Origin: Alkanindiges sp. WGS2144
GTDB lineage: Bacteria; Pseudomonadota; Gammaproteobacteria; Pseudomonadales; Moraxellaceae
DNA length: 32,000 nt
Direction: 5' to 3' (one strand)
NCBI RefSeq assembly: GCF_043950625.1
Contig: NZ_CP171007.1
The position numbers and the translations under genes are program-made. Of this stretch, positions 8,503 to 17,735 are shown in pieces. Under the pieces are notes generated by a model. That model made no database searches, was not told where the DNA came from, and worked only from the letters and a program-made list of their open reading frames with translations. Position 1 is the stretch's first letter, and every line of letters starts with the position of its first letter.

Positions 8503-8540
8503 CATAAAAAAGCCATGCCATAATTAGTGAGGCATGGCTT
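8503..8540 (-). terminator. Terminator-like hairpin between rubA and rubB (intercistronic attenuator candidate)
   Basis: Minus strand: AAGCCATGCC (complement of 8531-8540), an 11-nt loop, GGCATGGCTT (complement of 8510-8519), followed by TTTT (the plus-strand A-run is 8506-8511). 10-bp perfect stem starting 13 nt after the rubA stop, and about 50 nt before the rubB ATG. Confidence 0.6.
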
Positions 8541-8552
8541 GAATACTTCACC

Positions 8553-8717
8553 TTAAACTTCAATCATCTCAAAGTCTATTTTGGATACGCCACAGTCCGG
8601 GCAGGTCCAGTCTTCGGGAATATCTTCCCATTTGGTGCCAGGTGCAATGCCATCCTGTGGCCAGCCTTCAGCTTCATCATAAATCCAGCCACATACGATA
8701 CATTGGTACTTCTTCAT
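8553..8717 (-). CDS. rubA: Rubredoxin
   Basis: 54 aa: [54 protein letters not shown], with two CxxC knuckles (CIVC, CPDC). The track ORF (to 8786) is over-extended. GGAG lies just upstream of the ATG triplet cluster, and I chose the third ATG (8717). Confidence 0.92.
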   Translation of the reverse strand: MKKYQCIVCGWIYDEAEGWPQDGIAPGTKWEDIPEDWTCPDCGVSKIDFEMIEV

Positions 8718-8914
8718 CATCATCTCCAGAACGATCACGCCTGACCTGCAAAATGCGTGGGGGGCAATGGGTCTAAATTGTGCCATTGCACGGGCAGATT
8801 TAAAACGTCAAAGCGCTAAAAAACTGCCCAAAGCGTCAAAAACAGAGCATTTACTCTAAATTTGGCACAAGTTAGCGGGCTACGTATCATTTGTCGAGAG
8901 TAATTTGTCTTTTA

Positions 8915-9385
8915 TTAGTGGGCATTTTCGTCAGGATTCGTTTTTTTAAATACCACAATTTTGCAGGTCGTATCCTGTACCACTTGGTCATGCTGATTTT
9001 TGGTCAGGCTATGGTAGGTTACAATGCCCATATTGGGTTTGCTTTTGGAAACCTTGATATCTACAATTTCGGCCTCCACATGTAAAGTGTCCCCGGGGCG
9101 GGTGGGTGTTGGCCATTTGAGGTGGCCTTCAATGCCAATCAGTCCGTTAGCGACTTTGAGCGTTTGTAGCCATAGTTTCATGGTAATGGATGCGGTTTGC
9201 CAACCACTGGCTGCCAGTCCGTTAAACAGGGTATTTTTTGCTAGCTCATCGTCCAGGTGAAATGGCTGTGGATCGTATTCACTGGCAAAGTCCAGCAGTT
9301 TTTCTTTTTCCAGTGTATAGCCTGGGCTGCTAAAACGGTCACCAATATTTAAGTCATCCAGATACAACAGCTTGGTCATAAACAT
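8915..9385 (-). CDS. MaoC-like (R)-hydratase/dehydratase, hot-dog fold
   Basis: 156 aa. LDDLNIGDRFSSPGYTLEKEKLLDFASEYDPQPFHLDDELAKNTLFNGLAASGWQTASI is the typical MaoC dehydratase N-terminal signature (DxxPxH). An alternative start is ATG 9379. Confidence 0.8.
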   Translation of the reverse strand: MFMTKLLYLDDLNIGDRFSSPGYTLEKEKLLDFASEYDPQPFHLDDELAKNTLFNGLAASGWQTASITMKLWLQTLKVANGLIGIEGHLKWPTPTRPGDTLHVEAEIVDIKVSKSKPNMGIVTYHSLTKNQHDQVVQDTTCKIVVFKKTNPDENAH

Positions 9386-9515
9386 TTATCCATTCATTAC
9401 TACAACAGGCATTATTCAATGTTTAGCTCGAGGCTGTCTATGTATAAAGCTTTGCTATTTGGTGCTTCAGTAATATGTTGATTGCATAAGAAGCCACGAA
9501 GACTAAAATCCACGT

Positions 9516-9554
9516 AAAAAAATAGTCATTCTGAATAATCGGAATGACTACGTG
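9516..9554 (-). terminator. Rho-independent terminator of the Zn-dehydrogenase gene
   Basis: 9-bp stem tagtcattc (9523-9531) / gaatgacta (9542-9550) with a 10-nt loop. On the minus strand it is followed by T7 (plus-strand A-run 9516-9522). Confidence 0.75.
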
Positions 9555-9603
9555 AGTAAAGCGGAATTATTTTTGTAATATAAACATTTGATAGAGTGGT
9601 TAG

Positions 9604-10767
9604 TCACGGGGTTAGAATCACCTTGCGGCAGTCCTGCTCACGCTGCTCGAAAATACGATAGCCCTCGGCCGCGTCTTCCAGTTTCATGCGATGGGTAATA
9701 ATAATTTCCGGGTTTAAATCACCATTTTCAATATATTCTAAAAGTCGGGGCAGGAAAGTATGCACATGGGTTTGCCCCATTTTAAAGGTCAGGCCTTTAT
9801 CAAAGGCGTCACCAAATAAAAAGCCATGAATTGGGCCAGCATATACACCCGGCACGCTCACCACACCACCACGGCGTACAGCAGCAATACATTGACGCAA
9901 AGCAGCACCGCTGGAGCCCTCCAGTTTTAAATTGGTGAGTACGGTTTCAATCATACTTCCTTTGGCCTCAAATCCAATCGCATCAATCACGGCATCAACG
10001 CCACGCTTGCCCGCTGTATTTTCAATAATAAACTCAGCAGCATCAACCTTGTCAAAATTTACCGGAATTGCGCCGTAGGTTTCCCGTGCATACTGCAGGC
10101 GGTAATCATGGTGATCGACCATAAAAATTTGTTCGGCACCGAGCAGGCGGGCACAAGCGGCTGCCATTAACCCTACAGGGCCAGCACCATAAATGGCAAG
10201 GCTCGAACCTTTTTTAACCTGGGCATTGACCACCGCTTGCCAGCCAGTAGGTAAGATATCGGTCAGAAACAGTACTTTTTCATCAGACAGGGAGCCGGGA
10301 ACCTTAAATGGACCGAAATTACCATTGGGCACGCGCACATATTCAGCCTGCCCACCGGGTACGCCCCCATATAGATGACTATAGCCAAACAGCGCTGCGC
10401 CAGGTGGAATCTGTTTTTTATTAAGAATGGCACCGCGATCCGGATTGGTGTTTTCACAGGCAGCCATTAAGTCATGTTCACAGAAAAAACAGTGGCCGCA
10501 GGCAATCACAAACGGAATAATCACGCGGTCGCCTTTTTTGACACGGGTTACCTCGGGCCCTACTTCTTCCACAATGCCCATAAACTCATGACCAAAAATA
10601 TCACCATGCTCGGTAGCCGGAATCTTGCCACGGTACAAATGCAAGTCTGAGCCACAAATGGCGGTCGCCGTTACCCGCAAGATCACATCATCCGGCTTTT
10701 GAATAACAGGATCAGGTACTGTTTCTACGCGGACGTTTTTGACACCATGGTAAGTTAATGCACGCAT
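9604..10767 (-). CDS. Zinc-dependent medium-chain alcohol/formaldehyde dehydrogenase family protein
   Basis: 387 aa. Catalytic Zn ligands in ICGSDLH and [12 protein letters not shown], structural Zn cluster [11 protein letters not shown] fold IYGAGPVGL. Resembles glutathione-independent formaldehyde dehydrogenase-like MDRs. Confidence 0.85.
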   Translation of the reverse strand: MRALTYHGVKNVRVETVPDPVIQKPDDVILRVTATAICGSDLHLYRGKIPATEHGDIFGHEFMGIVEEVGPEVTRVKKGDRVIIPFVIACGHCFFCEHDLMAACENTNPDRGAILNKKQIPPGAALFGYSHLYGGVPGGQAEYVRVPNGNFGPFKVPGSLSDEKVLFLTDILPTGWQAVVNAQVKKGSSLAIYGAGPVGLMAAACARLLGAEQIFMVDHHDYRLQYARETYGAIPVNFDKVDAAEFIIENTAGKRGVDAVIDAIGFEAKGSMIETVLTNLKLEGSSGAALRQCIAAVRRGGVVSVPGVYAGPIHGFLFGDAFDKGLTFKMGQTHVHTFLPRLLEYIENGDLNPEIIITHRMKLEDAAEGYRIFEQREQDCRKVILTP

Positions 10768-11097
10768 TCGTGTATCCTCTGGTTTATTTAGTCTATGGGC
10801 GTTTTAGTCGCTGTGAGTTAAAGTCAAAAAAAGATCGGTCGTGAAGAGGTTTTATACTGCCAGCGAATCGCTTTGTTGCTCAATCGGCTTTGGTATTAAA
10901 TGCAATTTGTTGCTGTTGCATCTCTGTAGTTTGTAAGAGCTTTTGGTTAAAAAAACGACATAACAGTAAAACAACCGGTTTAATAACATAAAAAATGTGC
11001 TGGGCTATCAGTAAAAACCTACCGTGCCAATACTGCTGTTTTCTGCTATGATTGCCGCCTTATTTTCACTGCATAATATAGATTTAAGGGGCAGGTG

Positions 11098-12636
11098 ATG
11101 ACGCAACAGGGTCAATCAAATTCTGAGCAAGGCAATACAGAAAATCTGATTTCTGAAAACGACTTAATTGCGCAGCGTCATGCCAAGCTAGATATCATTG
11201 CAGAAAAAGCCAAACAGGCTGGCAGCAATGCGTGGCCAAACCATTTTAAGCGTGATCATTACGCTGGTGATCTGCAAGAGCAATACAAAGATAGTGCTAA
11301 AGAAGAACTGGCAGAACAGGCTATTCCAGTCACTGTAGCAGGCCGCCTGATGTTAAACCGTGGTTCGTTCATGGTAATGCAGGACATGACAGGTCGTATT
11401 CAGTTGTACGTCAACCGCAAGGTGTTGTCTGCTGACGAACTGGAACTGATCAAGCAACTGGATCTTGGCGATATTATTGCTGCCAAAGGTACACTGGCAC
11501 GTTCTGGTAAGGGCGATTTGTATGTAGATCTCACCAGTATCGAGTTACTGACCAAATCCTTACGTCCATTACCAGACAAGTTTCATGGTTTAAGCGATAC
11601 CGAAGCCAAATACCGCAAGCGTTATCTTGATTTAATCACTAATGAAGAAACCCGCCGCACCTTTGAAATCCGTGCCAAAGTGATTGCCGGTATTCGTGAA
11701 TATTTGATTGGTGAGCGCTTTATGGAAGTGGAAACGCCGATGATGCACGTGATTCCTGGTGGTGCAGCCGCGCGTCCGTTTGTGACCCATCATAATGCGC
11801 TGGATATGGAGCTGTATTTACGCATCGCACCGGAACTCTATTTAAAGCGTTTAGTAGTTGGTGGTTTTGAACGGGTGTTTGAAATTAATCGTAACTTCCG
11901 TAATGAAGGCGTGTCTACCCGGCACAACCCTGAATTTACCATGATTGAGTTTTATCAGGCTTATGCGGACTATAAAGACCTGATGCAACTGACTGAAAAT
12001 ATGCTGGAAAAGCTGGCTGTTGATATTTTAGGCAGTACTGATGTGCCGTATCAGGGTGAAGTATTTAGCTTTAAAGGCCCGTTTAAAAAGATTTCCATGG
12101 TTGATGCCATCTTGGAAAACAACGCTGAGCTAACCCGTGATCAGGTGAATGACCGTGATTTTCTGGCGGGCTTTGTGCAAAACACTTTAAAAGAGCAGGT
12201 AAAACCCGGCTTTGGTTTAGGCAAGCTGCAAACCATCGTGTTTGAAGAAACCGTGGAAACCAAGCTACGTCAGCCAACCTTTATCACTGAATATCCAGCC
12301 GAAACATCACCGCTGGCACGCCGTAATGATAGCAATCCGCATATTACTGACCGCTTTGAGTTCTTTATTGGTGGGCGTGAGCTGGCCAATGGTTTTAGTG
12401 AGTTGAATGATCCGATTGATCAGGCCGAGCGTTTTCAGGCGCAAGTAGCGGAAAAAGACGCCGGTGATGACGAAGCCATGCATTATGATGCTGACTTTAT
12501 CGAAGCGCTGGAATATGGTTTGCCGCCCACCGCAGGTGAGGGTATTGGTATTGATCGCTTAGTAATGTTGTTTGCTGATGCTGCTAGTATCCGTGATGTG
12601 ATTTTGTTCCCTCACATGCGTCGGAAAGACGTTTAA
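11098..12636 (+). CDS. lysS: Lysine--tRNA ligase, class II
   Basis: About 512 aa. OB anticodon-binding domain ([28 protein letters not shown]), class II motifs FRNEG and [19 protein letters not shown]. The ATG at 11098 is preceded by AAGGGG. The track used the GTG at 11095. Confidence 0.95.
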   Translation: MTQQGQSNSEQGNTENLISENDLIAQRHAKLDIIAEKAKQAGSNAWPNHFKRDHYAGDLQEQYKDSAKEELAEQAIPVTVAGRLMLNRGSFMVMQDMTGRIQLYVNRKVLSADELELIKQLDLGDIIAAKGTLARSGKGDLYVDLTSIELLTKSLRPLPDKFHGLSDTEAKYRKRYLDLITNEETRRTFEIRAKVIAGIREYLIGERFMEVETPMMHVIPGGAAARPFVTHHNALDMELYLRIAPELYLKRLVVGGFERVFEINRNFRNEGVSTRHNPEFTMIEFYQAYADYKDLMQLTENMLEKLAVDILGSTDVPYQGEVFSFKGPFKKISMVDAILENNAELTRDQVNDRDFLAGFVQNTLKEQVKPGFGLGKLQTIVFEETVETKLRQPTFITEYPAETSPLARRNDSNPHITDRFEFFIGGRELANGFSELNDPIDQAERFQAQVAEKDAGDDEAMHYDADFIEALEYGLPPTAGEGIGIDRLVMLFADAASIRDVILFPHMRRKDV

Positions 12637-12651
12637 GTTCTGACCTGATGC

Positions 12652-12681
12652 AAAAATAGCCACGCTCTGTGGCTATTTTTT
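12652..12681 (+). terminator. Rho-independent terminator of lysS
   Basis: Stem atagccac (12656-12663), loop gctct, stem gtggctat (12669-12676), running into a T6 tract. Confidence 0.8.
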
Positions 12682-12712
12682 ATGGATTAAATTGATAAAG
12701 GGATGAAATACC

Positions 12713-13450
12713 ATGCGTCTGCCACTGTTAACCCTTGTACTTTCGCCTGTGTTGCTCATACAGGGAAAACGGGTGAAAAAGAATACACCACGTTTGCCAG
12801 AAGCCGCCGGGCAGCGCTGTGGCATTAGCGGTAACGGGCAACAGTTAAGCATTTTGATTCTGGGAGACTCTGCGGCTGCCGGAGTAGGAGTTAGCCATCA
12901 GGATGATGCGTTAACTGGGCAGCTGGTTAGGCAATTGGCAACAGCTTTTCAAGTGCACTGGTGCTTGCAAGCCACCACCGGACACACCACAGAAGATGTC
13001 ATCCAGCGCGTAAAGGCACTTGAACCGCAGCAATACGATGTGGTGGTTACATCGGTAGGGGTTAATGACGTAACCCGACTGTTATCACCCAGAAAATGGA
13101 TTAGGCTACAACAGCAATTGCTTGAACAGATTCAGCTTAAATTCCAGCCTAGACTTATTTTACCCACCAGCGTACCGCCCATGCATTTATTTTCGGCATT
13201 ACCGCAGCCATTACGTTGGCACATGGGTTTATATGCCAAACAGATGAATAAGGAGCTGGCCGCATACCTCGATAGCCTGCCTGACAATAACCAGCCCGAA
13301 ATTCATCAAACTGTCTGGCCGTTGACGCGAAACCAGCGTGATACTCCCTTAGCTGAAGATAGGTTTCATCCGGGGGCAGAAGTTTATCAATTGTGGGCGC
13401 AAATCCTGTCTGATGCGATTAAAAAGCATGAGTCATATGGAAAATTATGA
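12713..13450 (+). CDS. SGNH/GDSL-family hydrolase
   Basis: 245 aa. Block I ILGDSAAAG (GDS nucleophile), block III GVNDV, block V DRFHP (DxxH). The hydrophobic N-terminus is a possible signal or anchor. Confidence 0.8.
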   Translation: MRLPLLTLVLSPVLLIQGKRVKKNTPRLPEAAGQRCGISGNGQQLSILILGDSAAAGVGVSHQDDALTGQLVRQLATAFQVHWCLQATTGHTTEDVIQRVKALEPQQYDVVVTSVGVNDVTRLLSPRKWIRLQQQLLEQIQLKFQPRLILPTSVPPMHLFSALPQPLRWHMGLYAKQMNKELAAYLDSLPDNNQPEIHQTVWPLTRNQRDTPLAEDRFHPGAEVYQLWAQILSDAIKKHESYGKL

Positions 13451-13456
13451 TTAGAA

Positions 13457-14518
13457 TCAATTCACTACCAAAAATCCAGTCACCTCTTCCCGGTCATGGT
13501 ACAACTGCCGAAACTCTAAACGCTCAATTTTTTTGCCAGCCTGCTTTAACGTCTCTTCAATGATCTCGCGGCAGTATTCCACTTCATCTAGCCGGGTTTT
13601 CATCGGCAGTTTCAGGTTAAACATGGCACGCTGTGCATCACCATCAGCCAGCCAGTCGGCCATCAATTGCGCCACACGGCTAGGTTTTTCTACCATATCG
13701 CACACTAACCAGTGTACCGGACGTTCAGGGCGATACACAAACCCATCGGCTTTAATATGTTCAACCTGGCCTGTTTCCATAATTCTTTCATTCATGGCAC
13801 CATTATCAATGGCAATCACTTGCAACCCATGCTTAACCAACTGATAAGTCCAGCCACCGGGACAAGCACCCAGATCCACAGCTGTTAAGCCTTCACGTAG
13901 CCATTCACCCTGTTCTTCTCTATCCATAAAATAAGCAAAGGCTTCGGCCAGTTTTAGGGTAGAACGGCTAGGCGCATCCTGTGGCATTTTTAGGCGTGGA
14001 ATACCCATCGGCCATTTTAGCGTTTGTCCCGCTTCACTGATACCAAGCCAGGCTGATGTGCCATCAATAAATACCAGATGCACACGCTGTTTAGCGTCAC
14101 GATTTAAAATATTGGCTTTGCCCGCCGCAGAGAGTAGCGGTTTTTGCAAGCGGTGGAACAAATCGGCCATGCTGTTGCCATCATTGGTATCCGGATTGTC
14201 CAGATAAATGGCACTATATTGCTGACCATCCAGCGCGGCCAAAATAGGAGTAATACGATCTTTAGCATCAAAATATAGCGGTTGTTTGTCAATTAAACGT
14301 ACCACTTGGCGGGCAAAAATGAGTTCACTGGTTTTTGGCCATACAGGTGATTGTCCCAGCCAGACGACTTGTCCACTTAACTTTTCAAATTTGGCATAGC
14401 CATTTGCACCGCGTTCACCCAGCCAGCGTTCAAGCTCCAAGATACAGTCACGTTCAAAGCCAATGCGGCACAAGGCCAAAATACCCGCAACCGGCGATTT
14501 GTTTGAAGAATAATACAT
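13457..14518 (-). CDS. rlmM: 23S rRNA (cytidine2498-2'-O)-methyltransferase RlmM
   Basis: 353 aa. The THUMP-like N-terminus ..CRIGFERDCILELE and the SAM-binding DLGACPGGWTYQLVKHGLQVIAIDNG closely parallel E. coli RlmM (DLGACPGGWTYQLVKR..VDNG). Confidence 0.88.
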   Translation of the reverse strand: MYYSSNKSPVAGILALCRIGFERDCILELERWLGERGANGYAKFEKLSGQVVWLGQSPVWPKTSELIFARQVVRLIDKQPLYFDAKDRITPILAALDGQQYSAIYLDNPDTNDGNSMADLFHRLQKPLLSAAGKANILNRDAKQRVHLVFIDGTSAWLGISEAGQTLKWPMGIPRLKMPQDAPSRSTLKLAEAFAYFMDREEQGEWLREGLTAVDLGACPGGWTYQLVKHGLQVIAIDNGAMNERIMETGQVEHIKADGFVYRPERPVHWLVCDMVEKPSRVAQLMADWLADGDAQRAMFNLKLPMKTRLDEVEYCREIIEETLKQAGKKIERLEFRQLYHDREEVTGFLVVN

Positions 14519-14710
14519 AAATTAATCAGTAATATAAAAATAATTCCGTCATTATAAGTGGCTTTAGGCTTGGCATTATTATTTTGATCAGTTAATTTTG
14601 AATATAAATGCTGCTTGATACAGGCGTATTGTCAACACAGTCCACAATAAACTCACACGCGGACAAAGCGATCGGCAGTTACAGGAAATGTACCCTGTTT
14701 TTACAAACTT

Positions 14711-14739
14711 TTGCTACCTTTAATAGCTGTCCTATAAAT
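14711..14739 (+). promoter_or_regulatory. Candidate sigma70 promoter for the SOD gene
   Basis: TTGCTA (14711-14716), a 16-nt spacer, TATAAAT (14733-14739), about 20 nt upstream of the GTG start and its AGGAG Shine-Dalgarno. Confidence 0.35.
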
Positions 14740-14758
14740 CAAAACTAAGGAGCAGTTT

Positions 14759-15529
14759 GTGTCTCGCTATTTTCGTCTTTTGAGTTTAACTACGTTTATT
14801 GCTTCCAGCCTGACTTTGGCGGGCGCTGCATTTGCCGAGTTTAAGCAGGCACTTCTACCGTATGCTACTAATGCGCTGGAGCCATCCATTGACAAGCAAA
14901 CCATGGAGATTCACTACGGCAAGCACCATAAGGGCTATGTGGATAACCTGAATAAGGAAATCAAGAGCTATCCAGCGCTGGATAAATTAAGCATTGAGCA
15001 GGTGCAGGGCCAAATTTCCAAATACAATACCGCTGTGCGTAATAATGGTGGTGGTCACTATAATCATGCGTTTTTTTGGGACAGCATGGCACCCGCTAAA
15101 AAAACCGGTCAGCCTAGCGCCAGCTTATTAAAGCAGATTAATACCGACTTTGGCTCGCTGGATGCGTTTAAGCAAAAATTTAATGATGCAGCCACCAGCC
15201 GTTTTGGTTCCGGCTGGGCCTGGCTCATTGTAACGCCTGAGCATAAGCTGGCTGTGGCTTCAACACCTAATCAGGATAACCCGCTGATGGACGTGAGTGA
15301 GGTAAAGGGTCAACCGCTATTGGGGCTGGATGTGTGGGAGCATGCTTACTATTTAAAATATCAAAACAAGCGTGCTGACTATACTAAAGCTTTCTGGAAT
15401 GTGGTGAACTGGAATAAGGTCAATGAGCGCTTCGAGCAGGCCATGAAACAGGAGACGCCAGCGGTTGTTAATACGGCAGAGGCCCCAGTCACTCAGAATA
15501 AATCAGCAGACACAACAGCCAACAAATAG
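14759..15529 (+). CDS. Fe/Mn-family superoxide dismutase (Mn-type signature) with N-terminal Sec signal peptide and C-terminal low-complexity tail
   Basis: 256 aa with a GTG start 6 nt after AGGAG. Signal peptide [26 protein letters not shown] followed by EF. The SOD core [69 protein letters not shown] matches E. coli SodA better than SodB (NQD Gln). The roughly 30-aa tail is [25 protein letters not shown]. Confidence 0.9.
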   Translation: MSRYFRLLSLTTFIASSLTLAGAAFAEFKQALLPYATNALEPSIDKQTMEIHYGKHHKGYVDNLNKEIKSYPALDKLSIEQVQGQISKYNTAVRNNGGGHYNHAFFWDSMAPAKKTGQPSASLLKQINTDFGSLDAFKQKFNDAATSRFGSGWAWLIVTPEHKLAVASTPNQDNPLMDVSEVKGQPLLGLDVWEHAYYLKYQNKRADYTKAFWNVVNWNKVNERFEQAMKQETPAVVNTAEAPVTQNKSADTTANK

Positions 15530-15552
15530 TTGGCTGTCTTTATTTTTCTTTT

Positions 15553-15583
15553 AAAAAACCAGCTAAACTATGGCTGGTTTTTT
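15553..15583 (+). terminator. Rho-independent terminator of the SOD gene
   Basis: Stem accagc (15558-15563), a 9-nt loop, stem gctggt (15573-15578), running into a T6 tract. An A-run upstream makes it symmetric. Confidence 0.7.
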
Positions 15584-15600
15584 ACTGGAATGGATCAGTA

Positions 15601-16065
15601 ATGATTCACGTGATTTTATTTGAACCGGAAATTCCCAGCAATACCGGCAATATCATTCGACTATGCGCCAATACTGGAGCAAAGCTGCATTTGATTGAAC
15701 CCTTGGGTTTTGAGCTTGAAGATAAAAAATTAAAACGTGCAGGGCTGGATTACCATGAATGGGCGTCATTAAAGATCTGGCCGACTTTGCAACCGTGCCT
15801 GGTGGATTTAAAACAGCAGGGCATAGAGGCTATTTTTCCCATGACTACCAAAGGCCAGTATTCACCATTTGATCGTGATTTAACACAAAACGTGGCGTTT
15901 TTATTTGGCCCTGAAACCCGCGGCCTGCCAGAAGAGATACGCTTGCAATTTCCCCTGGATCACTGGTTACGTTTGCCTATGCAGCCTGAATCGCGTAGCC
16001 TAAATTTATCCAATTCGGTGGCAGTAATGATTTATGAGGCATGGCGCCAGCAAGGGTTTAAATAG
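15601..16065 (+). CDS. trmL: tRNA (cytidine/uridine(34)-2'-O)-methyltransferase TrmL (SPOUT family)
   Basis: 154 aa. [78 protein letters not shown] is near-colinear with E. coli TrmL (YibK). Confidence 0.92.
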   Translation: MIHVILFEPEIPSNTGNIIRLCANTGAKLHLIEPLGFELEDKKLKRAGLDYHEWASLKIWPTLQPCLVDLKQQGIEAIFPMTTKGQYSPFDRDLTQNVAFLFGPETRGLPEEIRLQFPLDHWLRLPMQPESRSLNLSNSVAVMIYEAWRQQGFK

Positions 16066-16092
16066 CTCCTGGTCAAATAGATTCTAGCCAAC

Positions 16093-16125
16093 AAAAAGGC
16101 CAGCATTTAAGCTGGTCTTCTTTAA
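16093..16125. terminator. Bidirectional hairpin between convergent trmL and the permease gene
   Basis: 7-bp stem (one G-U pair) ggccagc (16098-16104) / gctggtc (16111-16117) with loop atttaa. T-rich on both sides (cttcttt on plus, cttttt on minus). Confidence 0.55.
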
Positions 16126-16129
16126 GCAG

Positions 16130-17518
16130 CTAATCTGCTCTAAACTGTGGTGGTGGCCGCTTAAAACCACGGGTTTTATAGCCCAAATACAGTAAACCAG
16201 TCATTGCCCATACAATGCCCCACTTTAAAGCCAGCTGATCAATTTGCAGCCATAACGCACCGATACAAATAAACCCGGCAAATGGAATCACCACATACTG
16301 AAAGAACTGATAGGGTGTTTTGGCTTTATTTTCACGCAAGGCATATTGTGAAATTACCGATAAATTCACAAAACTAAAGGCGGTTAATGCGCCAAAGCTA
16401 ATCAGCGATACCACATGATCAAGGTCAGTAAAGCCAGCTGATAGCGCAATAATACCCACCAGAATAATATTAAATGCCGGAGTATGGGTTTTTGGGTCAA
16501 TGCGGGCAAAGTATTTTTTACTGAACACGCCGTCGCGTCCCATCACATACATCAGGCGCGATACACCGGCATGGGCAGAAATGCCAGAAGCCATGACGGT
16601 AATAATGGCAAAGGCCAAAATGACCGACTTGAACAGCTCACCACCGACGATGCGTAAAATATCTGGCTGGGTAGCGTTAATATCCTCAAAATACTGCGCC
16701 GGGTTGCCGGGAAAGTACAGCTGCATAAAATAAGTGGCGGCAATAAAAATAATCCCGGATATTAGCGCGGTCAGAAAAATGGCACGCGGCAGGACTTTTT
16801 CGGTATTTTTGGTTTCCTCGGCCAGTGAGCTTAAGGCATCAAAGCCGGTAAATGAAAAACACAAAATGGTCGCGCCGGTAATGAGGGCACCTACCTTGGT
16901 GCTTTCATTCCAGAACGGCTCGCTTGACCATAGCTTCACTGCTTCTGCCTGCGCTTCAATGGAGGTAAGTGCATTATGGCCAAGCATCAGTTGTTTAATC
17001 ACTAAAATAGTAAAAATACCAATTACCAGCACCTGTACCAGCACAATCCAGCTATTAAAATTGGCCACAAAACGAATGCCACGCAAGTTAACAGCTGTCA
17101 TAAAAATGGTAAGCCCAACCACCCACACCCAGTGATTCACTTCTGGAAACATGTCCGACAGATAAATATTGGCCAGCAGGATGTTGACCATAGGACTTAA
17201 AATATAATCCAGTAGGGAAGACCAGCCTACCAAAAACCCGGCATTAGGATGAATCGCCTGCTGCGTGTAGGTGTAGGCCGAACCGGACGAGGGAAAACGC
17301 CGAATCATATGACCATAACTCACCGCAGTGAGCAGTACAGCCAGTAGCGCAATAAAGTAGGAAGTGGGCACATGCTGGTGACTGGCCTCTGACACCATGC
17401 CAAAGGTGTCAAACAGTGTCATAGGCTGAATATACGCCAGGCCAATGATAATGATATGCCACAATAATAAGGTGCGTTGTAGCTGGGCTGCCGGTGCTGG
17501 CGTGGTGTGAGTGGACAA
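16130..17518 (-). CDS. APC-superfamily amino acid/polyamine permease
   Basis: 462 aa and about 12 hydrophobic segments. The N-terminal signature LLWHIIIIGLAYIQPMTLFDTFG..SGSAYTYT is typical of APC permeases (PuuP-like). The only in-frame start after an upstream TGA is TTG (17518), 9 nt after GAGGA. Confidence 0.85.
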   Translation of the reverse strand: MSTHTTPAPAAQLQRTLLLWHIIIIGLAYIQPMTLFDTFGMVSEASHQHVPTSYFIALLAVLLTAVSYGHMIRRFPSSGSAYTYTQQAIHPNAGFLVGWSSLLDYILSPMVNILLANIYLSDMFPEVNHWVWVVGLTIFMTAVNLRGIRFVANFNSWIVLVQVLVIGIFTILVIKQLMLGHNALTSIEAQAEAVKLWSSEPFWNESTKVGALITGATILCFSFTGFDALSSLAEETKNTEKVLPRAIFLTALISGIIFIAATYFMQLYFPGNPAQYFEDINATQPDILRIVGGELFKSVILAFAIITVMASGISAHAGVSRLMYVMGRDGVFSKKYFARIDPKTHTPAFNIILVGIIALSAGFTDLDHVVSLISFGALTAFSFVNLSVISQYALRENKAKTPYQFFQYVVIPFAGFICIGALWLQIDQLALKWGIVWAMTGLLYLGYKTRGFKRPPPQFRAD

Positions 17519-17540
17519 GGTGCTTGATCCTCATCTGGTC

Positions 17541-17571
17541 AAAAAAACATCAAACCCGAATGAGGGTTTGA
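17541..17571 (-). promoter_or_regulatory. Terminator-like hairpin in the permease 5-prime leader (attenuator candidate or second tandem terminator)
   Basis: Minus strand: tcaaaccc, loop tcattc, gggtttga (8-bp stem, plus-strand 17550-17557 / 17564-17571), then TG and T7 (plus-strand A-run 17541-17547). The T-run ends 22 nt upstream of the TTG start. Confidence 0.45.
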
Positions 17572-17695
17572 GCTAGAGGAATCGTGATCCCAAAAGAGGA
17601 GGGTAAGTCTAGTGCAAAAGTATCAAAATGATAAGTAAATATTGATTAGTCACAGCCTATTTTAAGTAGTACTGTATTTATGAAGTTCTGGTAAT

Positions 17696-17723
17696 AAAAA
17701 ATCCTGCCATAGCAGGATTTTTT
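17696..17723 (-). terminator. Rho-independent (symmetric) terminator of the Fe-ADH operon
   Basis: aaaaaatcctgc cata gcaggatttttt: 8-bp stem (17700-17707 / 17712-17719) flanked by an A-run and a T-run, 13 nt after the stop at 17736. Confidence 0.85.
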
Positions 17724-17735
17724 AAGAGTTGACAA

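Noticed and set aside
8718-8786. A 23-codon N-terminal extension of rubredoxin in the track ORF ([23 protein letters not shown]).
   Set aside because: Rubredoxins are about 54 aa. GGAG lies immediately before the internal ATG cluster, and the extension covers what should be the promoter and SD region.
14541-14558. Fur-box-like AATAATTCCGTCATTATA between rlmM and the SOD gene, plus an AATAATATC fragment upstream of padR (about 28334-28342).
   Set aside because: Only the outer ATAAT/ATTAT halves match the 19-bp GATAATGATAATCATTATC consensus, and the spacing is one base short. The first site is about 200 bp from the SOD start and adjacent to rlmM instead. This is too weak to call.
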